Of a DNA stretch of 64,000 nucleotides, positions 12,219 through 20,683 are shown in pieces. Each line of letters opens with the position of its first letter. Position 1 is the stretch's first letter. The notes under the pieces are model-generated. The model was given only the letters and a program-made list of their open reading frames with translations. It ran no database searches and was not told where the DNA came from. The translations under genes and the position numbers were made by a program. Source of the stretch: an uncultured Gemmatimonadales bacterium (GTDB taxonomy: Bacteria; Gemmatimonadota; Gemmatimonadetes; Gemmatimonadales; GWC2-71-9). The DNA lies in assembly GCA_963742755.1 (NCBI GenBank), contig CAVUMU010000002.1, positions 302,265 to 366,264 on the forward strand, given 5' to 3'.

Positions 12219-12390
12219 CTGGGGCCGGGGGAAGGTCTTGCATCGGATCCCGGAATCCTGCTACCATTCTTTCGGCAGTACGGGTTCCACCTGCAACCGA
12301 GGGAGGTGATCCATTGTCTACAGCGTCAAGGGTCGCCTGCGGCCACTAGTAAGCGCTGCAAGCTAAACCCAGGCGACACTTCGAACCTGG

Positions 12391-12419
12391 GGGGGCCGCC
12401 ACTGGCGGCCCCTTTTTTT
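12391..12419 (+). terminator. intrinsic terminator inside the 5' leader of the CPBP protease gene
   Basis: GGGGCCGCC-act-GGCGGCCCC stem followed by seven Ts, 20 nt before the ATG at 12439. Confidence 0.7.
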
Positions 12420-12438
12420 GGCCATCCTTCGAAGGAAC

Positions 12439-13173
12439 ATGGCAACCTCCCTCTCGAACTATTGGCGCAGTGCCCGGGCGGCCCGGTATAGTCTGACTTT
12501 CGCGCTTCCGCTGCTCGTGGCGTACGAAGTGCTCGCCTTTTCCCTCTCCCACCATGAAGTCGCCGGCGTCCGCAACGGAGCCGACGTGCTGCTCAAGAGC
12601 CTCTTTCTGGCGATGGGCGGCCGGAACGGCCTGGTGCTATTCGGCGCCCTGCTGGTTGGCGGCGGCGCGTGGCTGGTCTGGCAGGACTACCGCAGATCGG
12701 GCTCGCTGGACCCCCGCGTGCTCGGGCTGATGGCGGTAGAGTCAGGATGCTACGCGTTTGTCTTTGGGATGGTGACAAGCACGCTCACCGGCCTGCTGCT
12801 CCCTGGCCTCGCTACTACACTGTCAGTGGCCCCAGCCGCTTCGTGGAGCCTGCCGACCCAACTCATGATCTCGCTCGGTGCGGGGATCTACGAAGAGCTG
12901 CTCTTTCGGGTGATCCTGGTGTCGGGACTCGCCTGGACCGCGCGGCGGGTGTTTGGCTGGACGACGACCACGGCAGGTCTCTTTGCCGTGGGTACCGGCG
13001 CGCTGATCTTCTCCGCCTTTCACTACATCGGTCCCTATGGAGACCACTTCGAGCTGGGCTCATTCACATTTCGGGCGGTTGCTGGCGTGCTCTTCAGTGG
13101 TCTGTACCTGTTGCGAGGCTTCGGGATCGCAGCGTGGACTCACGCGCTCTATGATGTGTTCTTGGCCCTGTAG
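12439..13173 (+). CDS. CPBP-family intramembrane glutamic endopeptidase (CAAX protease-like)
   Basis: Motifs EELLFR, FSAFH and HALYD in a polytopic protein. The ATG at 12439 has a GAAGGA RBS. Confidence 0.8.
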   Translation: MATSLSNYWRSARAARYSLTFALPLLVAYEVLAFSLSHHEVAGVRNGADVLLKSLFLAMGGRNGLVLFGALLVGGGAWLVWQDYRRSGSLDPRVLGLMAVESGCYAFVFGMVTSTLTGLLLPGLATTLSVAPAASWSLPTQLMISLGAGIYEELLFRVILVSGLAWTARRVFGWTTTTAGLFAVGTGALIFSAFHYIGPYGDHFELGSFTFRAVAGVLFSGLYLLRGFGIAAWTHALYDVFLAL

Positions 13174-13174
13174 C

Positions 13175-13810
13175 TCACCTTCCCGCCTTCACCGCGTACA
13201 CTGAATCCAGCACCCGCTTGAACACGTCGAACGGCACCGCGCCCTCCAGCAGCCCACCCTCGATGTAGAACGTCGGCGTGCTGGTCGCTCCAGAGCGCTC
13301 GGAGCCTTGAGCCTCAGCCCTCAGCGCCGCTTCGGTTTCGGGCGCCTGCAGACAGGCCAGGAGCATCTTCTTCGACAGCCCCGCGGAATCGGCGAGCGAG
13401 AGGAAAAACGGACCCGGCTCCTTCAGCGGCGCCCATCTCTCCTGGTAGTCAAACAGCAGATCGTGCATCGGCCAGAAGCCATCCTGCTTGGCGGAGCAGA
13501 GGGCGAGCTGGCCGGCAGCGGCCGCATGCTCATGCACACTGGTGAGGGGAAAGTTGATGAATACCCAGCGAACCTTGCCCGGCTTGATATAGCTCCGCTC
13601 GATCTGGGGGAAAGTTTCCTCCGCGAACCGCTTGCAGTAGGGACACTGGAAGTCGGACATCTCGTACACTGTCACCGGTGCCTTGGGAGAACCTTTGCTG
13701 CGGGCGGCGAGCGGGATGTCAGCCGACTGGGCCGCGAGGGGAGCGGCGCCCAGCAGCGTTAGAAGCACCCCCCCTGTCATCCTGAGGGAGTGTAACGACT
13801 GAAGCATCAT
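13175..13810 (-). CDS. DsbA-family thiol:disulfide oxidoreductase
   Basis: CPYC active site in a thioredoxin fold, with a signal peptide. GAGGA RBS before the ATG at 13810. Confidence 0.85.
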   Translation of the reverse strand: MMLQSLHSLRMTGGVLLTLLGAAPLAAQSADIPLAARSKGSPKAPVTVYEMSDFQCPYCKRFAEETFPQIERSYIKPGKVRWVFINFPLTSVHEHAAAAGQLALCSAKQDGFWPMHDLLFDYQERWAPLKEPGPFFLSLADSAGLSKKMLLACLQAPETEAALRAEAQGSERSGATSTPTFYIEGGLLEGAVPFDVFKRVLDSVYAVKAGR

Positions 13811-13817
13811 GAATTCC

Positions 13818-14612
13818 TCAATATCTCGGACGCCGCTGTCCGGTGCGGCTGGAGAGCAGGATGGTGTCAGAAGCGGCCGGAATGTTCCAGTACCATTGAG
13901 AGTTCGGGTCGCTGGTGTCCCAGGCCCGCGCATGAATCCACCAGTTGCCGGGCGCCAGGGTAAAGCGGGCCCAGCCGGTGGCGTCGGTGGTATCGGTCAT
14001 CGGCTCGCGCCGGCGAGCTCTGGCCAGCTGCCCCACGATGCTGTCGTATCCCCGGTAGGTGCTATCTTCCCAATGCCGAACCGCGCTGCGGAGGCTCTCG
14101 CTTCGGCTGACGAAATCCAGGCGGGCCCGGTCGAGCGCCACCCGCGCCCGCCGGGCACGGCTTTCGATGCCGCGCAGCGAGCCGGACATCCGGGCATAAC
14201 CGGCCGAGAGCGGGGCGTAGTCAGGGGACTGTCGCGGGAGCGAGTCAAGCCGGCTGCGCAGCAGACGAAGCGAGTCGCGCAGCGTGCCCTCGGCATAGGA
14301 GATGGCGGTGTAGGCGGTGAACGGACCCCGAAACCGCGCGAACAGGCTGTCGAGCGCCGCGGTGTCGGGGCGCGGCGAGCGGGCACGAGCCTCCAGGCTG
14401 ACCAGCACGCTGTCGCGATCGTAGGGCAGCGCAACCACGCCCACTCCGGCCGCCGGGGTTTCGGCCGAAGCGGGATCGGGAATAGAGACCCGCACCGCCA
14501 CCTCACGGCGCCCGCGATCGCAGCCGGCGAGCCCCGCCGCCAACACTGTGGTGAGCAGCAACGAGGGAAGCAGCGAATGGCCCAGCAGCAGGAGACCGAT
14601 TGATCGCGACAC
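13818..14612 (-). CDS. hypothetical lipoprotein
   Basis: Lipobox LAGC and coding-like GC3 bias. No recognisable catalytic motif. Confidence 0.5.
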   Translation of the reverse strand: MSRSIGLLLLGHSLLPSLLLTTVLAAGLAGCDRGRREVAVRVSIPDPASAETPAAGVGVVALPYDRDSVLVSLEARARSPRPDTAALDSLFARFRGPFTAYTAISYAEGTLRDSLRLLRSRLDSLPRQSPDYAPLSAGYARMSGSLRGIESRARRARVALDRARLDFVSRSESLRSAVRHWEDSTYRGYDSIVGQLARARRREPMTDTTDATGWARFTLAPGNWWIHARAWDTSDPNSQWYWNIPAASDTILLSSRTGQRRPRY

Positions 14613-15433
14613 GTGCCAAAGCTACCGCCCTCCTGGTGGCGCTTCAACTGACGGCGGCGGCCTCGTGGGCGCAACGGCCTGGGGTGGACACGCTGTTCCC
14701 CGCTCAACCGGTCGGCTTCGTCAACGACCTTGCCGCAATCATCGATGCCGGGTCCAAAGCCGGGATGGAAGATCTGATCCAGCGGCTGCGTGCCGCCACC
14801 GGGGCGGAGATCGCCGTGGTGACCCTTCCCTCCATAGGCCAGCAGGATGCAGCTGAAGTGGCCCTCGCCATCGGACGCAGGTGGAAGGTCGGGGCCAAAG
14901 CGGAGATCGGAGATGCGCGGCGGAACGCAGGCATCGTCATGCTGCTGGTGCCGCGACAGGCAGGTCGGCCGGGGACCGGCCATCTTCGCCTCGAGGTGGG
15001 GCAAGGTCTCGAGGGAATAATTCCAGATGCGGCCGCCGGGCGAATACGGCGCGAGGTCATGGGGCCGGATCTGGAGCGCGGAGCCTATGGCCCGGCGCTC
15101 CTGAAAGGGGTTCAGGCCCTCGCCGCCGAAATCGCGCGCGGGTTCGGCGTCTCGGACTCCGCCCTCACCGCGTATCGGGCTCCGGTTGCGCCGGGAAGCG
15201 GGACGCGGGCACTTAGCAACCTCCTGCCGATCGTCTTGTTCATCGTGTTTCTGCTCCTCAGTGCCAGAGGCTCCAGCGGAAGGCGCCGCAGGAGGAACGT
15301 ATATTGGGGTGGGGGTCCCTGGATCGGTGGTGGCTGGGGCGGCGGAGGTGGGTTCGGCGGTGGTGGAGGTGGCTTTGGCGGCTTTGGCGGGGGCGGTGGT
15401 TTCAGTGGCGGCGGTGCCGGGGGAAGATTCTGA
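14600..15433 (+). CDS. TPM-domain protein (YgcG-like) with TM segment and Gly-rich tail
   Basis: FVNDLAAIIDAG...EIAVVTLPSIG...GIVMLLV...LEVGQGLEGIIPD matches the TPM layout. A TM helix and a GGGWGGGGGFGGGGGGF tail follow. Confidence 0.8.
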   Translation: MIATRAKATALLVALQLTAAASWAQRPGVDTLFPAQPVGFVNDLAAIIDAGSKAGMEDLIQRLRAATGAEIAVVTLPSIGQQDAAEVALAIGRRWKVGAKAEIGDARRNAGIVMLLVPRQAGRPGTGHLRLEVGQGLEGIIPDAAAGRIRREVMGPDLERGAYGPALLKGVQALAAEIARGFGVSDSALTAYRAPVAPGSGTRALSNLLPIVLFIVFLLLSARGSSGRRRRRNVYWGGGPWIGGGWGGGGGFGGGGGGFGGFGGGGGFSGGGAGGRF

Positions 15434-16152
15434 TGCGTGATTCTGTGGCCAAGGTGGTGGACGCGTTCCTGACTGACGCCGACGCGGCGGTAGGTCCGGC
15501 GTATAGCGCCATCCTGTACGGATCGGCTGCGCGCGGCGACTACATCCCGGGTCGCTCCAATATCAATCTGATGCTGGTGATCGACGAGATCAGCCCCAAG
15601 GTCCTTCGCTCTTTCGGCCGCGGCTTCACCGCTTGGCGTAAGGCCGGCCGGGAGCCGCCGTTGGTGCTGAGCCGGGCCGAATGGGACCGCGCCTCGGACG
15701 CATTCCCCATCGAGATCACCGATATGCGAACCGCCTACAAAGTGCTTCGCGGCGCGGATCCGCTGCAGGGCGTTCGGGTCGAGCCCGCCGACCTGCGTAA
15801 GGCGCTCGAGCGCGAGTTTCGGGGCAAGCTGCTCCGGCTTCGGCAGGGTTATGCAACCTACGCACCCGATCCGGGAGCGCTGGGCTCGCTGGGGCTGCAG
15901 AGCGCGGCGACGATTCTGGTGTTGCTGCGCGGGGTGCTCAGCCTGCTGGGCAAGACGGTGCCGCACGAGTCACTCGAGCTCGCGGCTGCCGCAGCCGCGT
16001 CGGTTGGTTTCGAAGGAGAACATCTGCTGCACGTAGTTCGCCACCGGGTCGACCGCGAGTGGCGCTGTGAGGCCCCGGAGTTCGAGAACTACATGGACGC
16101 CGTGGAGCATACGGCGCGGTTCCTCGACCAACTTCAGCTCGGAGATCAGTGA
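15433..16152 (+). CDS. nucleotidyltransferase-fold protein with degenerate catalytic motif
   Basis: Pol-beta NTase signature YGSAARGDYIPGRS is followed by NIN (15559-15567) where DxD is expected. TGATG coupling to the TPM gene. Confidence 0.6.
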   Translation: MRDSVAKVVDAFLTDADAAVGPAYSAILYGSAARGDYIPGRSNINLMLVIDEISPKVLRSFGRGFTAWRKAGREPPLVLSRAEWDRASDAFPIEITDMRTAYKVLRGADPLQGVRVEPADLRKALEREFRGKLLRLRQGYATYAPDPGALGSLGLQSAATILVLLRGVLSLLGKTVPHESLELAAAAAASVGFEGEHLLHVVRHRVDREWRCEAPEFENYMDAVEHTARFLDQLQLGDQ

Positions 16153-16718
16153 TGAACCGAAGTTCCAGAATCCAGGTTCCCTTGCTTGCCGCCCTGATAT
16201 TCGTGGCGGGTTGTGGCTACAACACCATTCAGACACTGGATGAGAAGGTGAATCAGGCACAGGGGCAGATCCAAACGCAGCTGCAGCGGCGCTCGGACCT
16301 CATTCCCAACCTGGTCAACACCGTGAAGGGGATTACCAAGCAGGAAGACACCGTCTTCATCTCGATCGCCAATGCCCGTGCCCGGCTCGGTGGCGCGGTG
16401 CAGTCGGGTAACGTTCCCGAGATGGCGGCCGCTAACCAGCAGCTCACCCAGGGCCTGGGCCGCCTCCTCGCCATCGCGGAGAACTATCCCCAGCTCCAGT
16501 CCAGTCAGAACTTCCGCCAGCTCCAGGAACAGCTCGAGGGCACCGAAAACCGGGTCGCAGTTGCCCGACAGGACTACAATACAGCGGTCGGGGAGTACAA
16601 CGCCTACATCCGGCGATTCCCCTACAACCTGACTGCCAAGGTTTTTGGTATGGGCAGCCCTCGGGAGTACTTCGAGGCTGCAGAGGGATCCAAGGAGGCA
16701 CCGAAGGTGAACTTCTAA
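16149..16718 (+). CDS. LemA family protein
   Basis: N-terminal lipobox/TM, then the LemA core NTIQTLDEKVNQAQGQIQTQLQRRSDLIPNLV ... ENYPQLQSSQNF. Confidence 0.9.
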   Translation: MMNRSSRIQVPLLAALIFVAGCGYNTIQTLDEKVNQAQGQIQTQLQRRSDLIPNLVNTVKGITKQEDTVFISIANARARLGGAVQSGNVPEMAAANQQLTQGLGRLLAIAENYPQLQSSQNFRQLQEQLEGTENRVAVARQDYNTAVGEYNAYIRRFPYNLTAKVFGMGSPREYFEAAEGSKEAPKVNF

Positions 16719-16838
16719 GGAGGACGGAGAAGGCGGAGAAGACGGAGGACGGAGATGTAGAAACACAAACCCCCGATGCTTGGCACCGGGGGTTCTTGCT
16801 TTTCACCTCTTCGCCTTCTCCGTCCTCTTCAGTCCGTC
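16719..16838. repeat. purine-rich short-repeat palindrome flanking the lemA terminator
   Basis: GAGGACGGAGAAGGCG (16720-16735) is the exact reverse complement of 16812-16827. The arms are made of CGGAG-type short repeats. Confidence 0.8.
16768..16804 (+). terminator. intrinsic terminator after lemA, nested inside a larger palindrome
   Basis: AACCCCCG-11 nt-CGGGGGTT followed by CTTGCTTTT. Confidence 0.65.
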
Positions 16839-17755
16839 ACCACCCCATCGGGCAGTACGTATTTGAGCGGATCGACCGGGCGTCCCTTCACATGCACTTC
16901 GTAATGCAGGTGGGGACCGGTGGCGAGCCCGGAGTTTCCAACCAGGGCGATACGCTGGCCGCGGGACACCCGCTGGCCGGTGCGGACCAGGAGTTTGGAG
17001 GCATGAGCGAACTTGGTCTCGATGCCGAAGCCGTGGTCAATAGTGATGGTGTTCCCGTAGCCCGATTCCCAACGGGCATCGGTCACGAGCCCTGCGGCCG
17101 GGGCCTCGATCGGACTGCCCATGGGGGCGGTAACGTCGATTCCCTCATGCGGGCGGGCGTAGTGCAGAATCGGGTGGGCACGCATTGAGGAGAACGCGCT
17201 GGAGAGCCAGCCCTGGGTCGGCATGATCGACGGCGTGGCGGCGAGCCGTGCCGAGTGGTAGGACAGGCTGTCGGCGGCTTCTTTGAACGAGGAAGCCAGC
17301 AGGTTGGCGCGACGAATCAGCGCGCTGAGGTCGATCCGCACCTCCGCTGAACGCCGAGCGATACCGGTCATCCCGGCCAGACCGAGGCTGGTGACGCCGG
17401 CCGGACCACCGATGCCCGCGGCCTGGACCTGGGGGTCGATCGGCTCGAGGTTGGCGAGGACCCGGATACGGGCGTCGCGTTGAGAGATCCGGGTCAGCGT
17501 ATCAGCCAGGGTGGACAGACGGCCGTTGAGCTCTCCGATTTCACGGGCCAGATTCTCGTTTTCCTGCTGGAGTCTGGCGGTGCGGGAGAGGTCGGTTGTA
17601 TGGGAAACGGTGGCGTAGCCGGCAAGAAGTACCAGAACCAGGAAGCCCGCGGCGGCGGAGGCCGCTACCCGCAGTACTCCGTAGGAGACCTCGACAATGC
17701 GCGAGGGCTCCGCCCCGTGGGGCACAAGAACCAGAGTCCAACGGCGTTTGGCCAT
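16829..17755 (-). CDS. M23 family peptidoglycan metalloendopeptidase
   Basis: HEGIDV ... NSGLATGPHLHYEV zinc motifs. N-terminal TM plus coiled coil. Confidence 0.9.
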   Translation of the reverse strand: MAKRRWTLVLVPHGAEPSRIVEVSYGVLRVAASAAAGFLVLVLLAGYATVSHTTDLSRTARLQQENENLAREIGELNGRLSTLADTLTRISQRDARIRVLANLEPIDPQVQAAGIGGPAGVTSLGLAGMTGIARRSAEVRIDLSALIRRANLLASSFKEAADSLSYHSARLAATPSIMPTQGWLSSAFSSMRAHPILHYARPHEGIDVTAPMGSPIEAPAAGLVTDARWESGYGNTITIDHGFGIETKFAHASKLLVRTGQRVSRGQRIALVGNSGLATGPHLHYEVHVKGRPVDPLKYVLPDGVVTD

Positions 17756-17947
17756 GACCGTTCCTCAGCACAGGTGCGCGTGAAACGAGCAAAACCGCTT
17801 GCTCAATAGCAATACTGGGGCCCTTTGAGGGCAAGCACGGGCCCGCCCCCAACTCAAGGTGACCCTTTAGGATAATCCTTGTCAAGGGTTCGGGGGAGTG
17901 ATAACTCTTTCACTGTCAAGTAGTTTCGCACATGGGTCGTCTAACTT

Positions 17948-19462
17948 CTATGCCTTGACGGGCTTGGGGAACAGTATCGACGGCTTCTTCACTCGGCGGT
18001 TTGTCAGGGCCGGCTGTTCCGCGGCCGCCCATCGTGAGTGCGCAACCTCGCCATCCATTCCCAGATTCTCCCAGAGCGCTTGAGCTTTACCCGGAATGAA
18101 CGGGCAGGTCATCACCGCCAAACGGCAGAGCGCCCGAGCCAACGCACTTAGCACTTCATCCAGCTCGGCATCCTTGTCGGCTTTCGCGAGCGTCCACGGT
18201 GCAGACTGTTGCACGAAGAGATTCGCCGCCGACACCAGCGTCCAAGCCGCTTCCGCGCCGCCTCTCAGGTCCAGAGCGTCCATCGCCCGGGTGTAGTCCC
18301 GGAGCGCACTTTGTCCGGCCTGGTCGAGGGAAGTATCGCCCTTCTGCGCGGGCACGGCGCCGTCCCGATACTTGAGAAGCATGGCCATCGATCGAGAGGC
18401 CAGATTGCCAAAGCCGTCGGCCAGGTCAGCCGTGTAGCGCTCGTCGAACCGCTCCCAGGTGAAATTGCCATCCGCTTCGAACCCGACTTCCCTCAGAAGG
18501 AAATAGCGGAGCGCGTCGGGTCCATGCCGCTCGATCGCCTCATCCAGCGTGACCACGGTGCCTGCCGTCTTCGACATCTTGGTGCCTTCCCACTGCACGT
18601 AGCCATGGGCCCATACTTCGCGCGGAAGGTCCAGGTCGGCGGCGAGCAGCATCGCGGGCCAGATCACGCAGTGGAACCGGGTGATGCCCTTCCCGATCAC
18701 GTGCAGATCCGCGGGCCAGAGGCGCTCGTGGCCGGGCTCCGGAAAGCCGGTGGCCGACAGGTAGTTGATCAGGGCGTCGAACCAGACGTAGACTGTCTGC
18801 TCGGAATCGCCGGGGAAGGGAATCCCCCAGGGCTGCCGCAGGCGGGACACCGAGATGTCCTGCAGTCCGCCCTCGAGCAGACGCAGGACCTCGTTACGCC
18901 TGATGGCCGGCTCCACCCGAAACCGCCCGCTGGTGATCAGCTCGAGCAGGCGGTCGCCGTACCGGCTGAGCCGAAAGAAGTGGTTGCGCTCGCGAGTGGG
19001 GATCAGCTCCAGCGTTGGGTGCTCGATGCAGCGCCCATTCACAATCTGGCTTTCCTGCTTGAACTCCTCACAACCGGCGCAATAGAGGCCCTCGTACTCG
19101 GACACGTAGAGGTCATCAGGGTACCGCCGCTGGATCCGCTGCAGCAGCTCGGTGACCGAACGAAAGTGGCGCGGCTCCGTCGTGCGGATCCAGTCGTCGT
19201 TGCTGCACTCCAGCCGGGCCCAGAAGTCGGCGAAACGGGCGGCCATACGGTCGACCCACTCCTGGGGCGGAAGACCGGCCTTCGCCGCCGCCTGAAGAAC
19301 GGATTGACTGTGCTCGTCCATCCCCATGACGAAATGCACCTGATCGCCGCGCAGGCGCCGGTAACGCGCAATCGCATCAGCGCCGACCTTCTCCAGGGCG
19401 TGACCGAGATGAGGGTCGCCGTTGGAATAGTCTATCGCGGTAGTCAGGTAGAACTTGGGCAC
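17948..19462 (-). CDS. metG: methionine--tRNA ligase
   Basis: Class I HLGH (PHLGHALEK) and KMSKT motifs, 504 aa. GTG start with an AGGAG RBS. Confidence 0.95.
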   Translation of the reverse strand: MPKFYLTTAIDYSNGDPHLGHALEKVGADAIARYRRLRGDQVHFVMGMDEHSQSVLQAAAKAGLPPQEWVDRMAARFADFWARLECSNDDWIRTTEPRHFRSVTELLQRIQRRYPDDLYVSEYEGLYCAGCEEFKQESQIVNGRCIEHPTLELIPTRERNHFFRLSRYGDRLLELITSGRFRVEPAIRRNEVLRLLEGGLQDISVSRLRQPWGIPFPGDSEQTVYVWFDALINYLSATGFPEPGHERLWPADLHVIGKGITRFHCVIWPAMLLAADLDLPREVWAHGYVQWEGTKMSKTAGTVVTLDEAIERHGPDALRYFLLREVGFEADGNFTWERFDERYTADLADGFGNLASRSMAMLLKYRDGAVPAQKGDTSLDQAGQSALRDYTRAMDALDLRGGAEAAWTLVSAANLFVQQSAPWTLAKADKDAELDEVLSALARALCRLAVMTCPFIPGKAQALWENLGMDGEVAHSRWAAAEQPALTNRRVKKPSILFPKPVKA

Positions 19463-19687
19463 TCGCCGGACTCCTAAGAAAACAAGGAAAAGCTAGGGCA
19501 CTCCGGGCCTCGTGGTCAAAGCACACCGCTCAGTACTGGGGCTCGATTGGGGTGCCTTTAGAGAAAAAAGAAAGCACGCTGCCGTGGAGAAGGGAGCATT
19601 ATGCCACACGGAACGATCCCTACGTTTTCCGGGTCACCGTGCTGATGCTTTTCTAGTGTGGAAAGCTAAACCGGGACGGCGTGGGGT

Positions 19688-20683
19688 TCAGGTTGGCGGG
19701 CTTTGGGTACCGCCATCACCCCGGCGGCTGCGGCGGGACGGATGTGAAGAGGGATGGCCCTCGGGGCTGCCGCCCGGGCCGGGGACGGCTTGCTGGCTGC
19801 GCATCTCGCTGGTCTGGAGGACGTCGCCCAGCTGTTCGACTTCCTCCCGCAATTGCACCAGCGGGATGATGCGCGAGCCCTGCTCTTCGTGCTTGAGGAA
19901 GACGCGCTCGCGAAAGATATCCACCGCGATGACCTTCTCCGTCCCCAACGACGTTTTCAGTGTCTTCCCCTCCTTGGGAAAGCGCTTTCGAGCGGTGACG
20001 TAGAAATCATGCTCGTATTTCAGGCAGCAGAGCAACCGGCCGCAGCCGCCCGAGATCTGGGATGGATTGAGTGAGAGATGCTGGTCCTTGGCCAACCCGA
20101 GATTCACGGGAGAAAGTTCCTTGAGCCAGGTGGAGCAGCAGTATTCCCGGCCGCAGCGACCGACGCCGGACAGCCTGGCTGCCTCGTCCCGGACCCCGAT
20201 CTGTCGCAGTTCGATCCGGGTACGGAACAGCGAGGCGAGATCGCGCACCAGCGCACGGAAGTCGACTCGTTTGTCGGCGGTGAAGTAGATGGTCAGTTTG
20301 TTCCGGTCCCACTGCCACTCGGTATCGCTCACCTTCATCACGAGGTCGTGGGCCCTTACCCGCTGAATCACCTTCTGGCGCACCTCCTCTTCCGAGCCCC
20401 GGATTTCCCGGTGGGTCTGGAGGTCGTCGGGGGTGGCCCGCCGCAGCACCGGCTTGGGCGCTTCCGGCTCGGCGGCGGTTTCCCCGACCGCGCAGCCGGA
20501 GCAGCCGGTGCCACATTTCTTGTCCGCCAGGTCGCCAATGGCGGTAACCCGTCCCAGGTCCCGGCCGCGCTCGACCTCGACGATGACCGCGTCCTTGACC
20601 CTGATCGGGTCTTCCTCGTCGCCCCAGACGAAGTACGCTTTGCGGGTGCCCTTGAACCTCACTTCGACGGTCTGGGACATCAT
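19688..20683 (-). CDS. PSP1/RicT (YaaT)-like protein
   Basis: PSP1 C-terminal domain with Cys clusters (GRCGREYCCSTWL, GGCGRLLCCLKYE). Confidence 0.85.
   Translation of the reverse strand: MMSQTVEVRFKGTRKAYFVWGDEEDPIRVKDAVIVEVERGRDLGRVTAIGDLADKKCGTGCSGCAVGETAAEPEAPKPVLRRATPDDLQTHREIRGSEEEVRQKVIQRVRAHDLVMKVSDTEWQWDRNKLTIYFTADKRVDFRALVRDLASLFRTRIELRQIGVRDEAARLSGVGRCGREYCCSTWLKELSPVNLGLAKDQHLSLNPSQISGGCGRLLCCLKYEHDFYVTARKRFPKEGKTLKTSLGTEKVIAVDIFRERVFLKHEEQGSRIIPLVQLREEVEQLGDVLQTSEMRSQQAVPGPGGSPEGHPSSHPSRRSRRGDGGTQSPPT

Noticed and set aside
13765-13795. GTCATCCTGAGGGAG resembling the GTCACCCTGAGCG arm of the 33350 hairpin, as a possible shared REP-like element.
   Set aside because: Only about 11 nt are similar. 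The segment lies inside the DsbA signal-peptide coding region and has no inverted partner.
15300-15430. GGT/GGC-rich repetitive DNA.
   Set aside because: It is in frame and encodes the Gly-rich tail of the TPM protein. This is coding low complexity, not an independent repeat element.
17850-17925. The palindrome AGGATAATCCT and two CTTGACA copies (minus strand) upstream of the M23 peptidase gene, as a promoter or operator.
   Set aside because: No -10 element lies at acceptable spacing from either TTGACA, so I could not support a specific promoter call.
19470-19690. The lower-GC spacer between PSP1 and metG, as a possible ncRNA or T-box-like leader.
   Set aside because: I see only a terminator-like stem with a T-run on the minus strand (about 19560-19640). 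There are no T-box or tRNA-like features.
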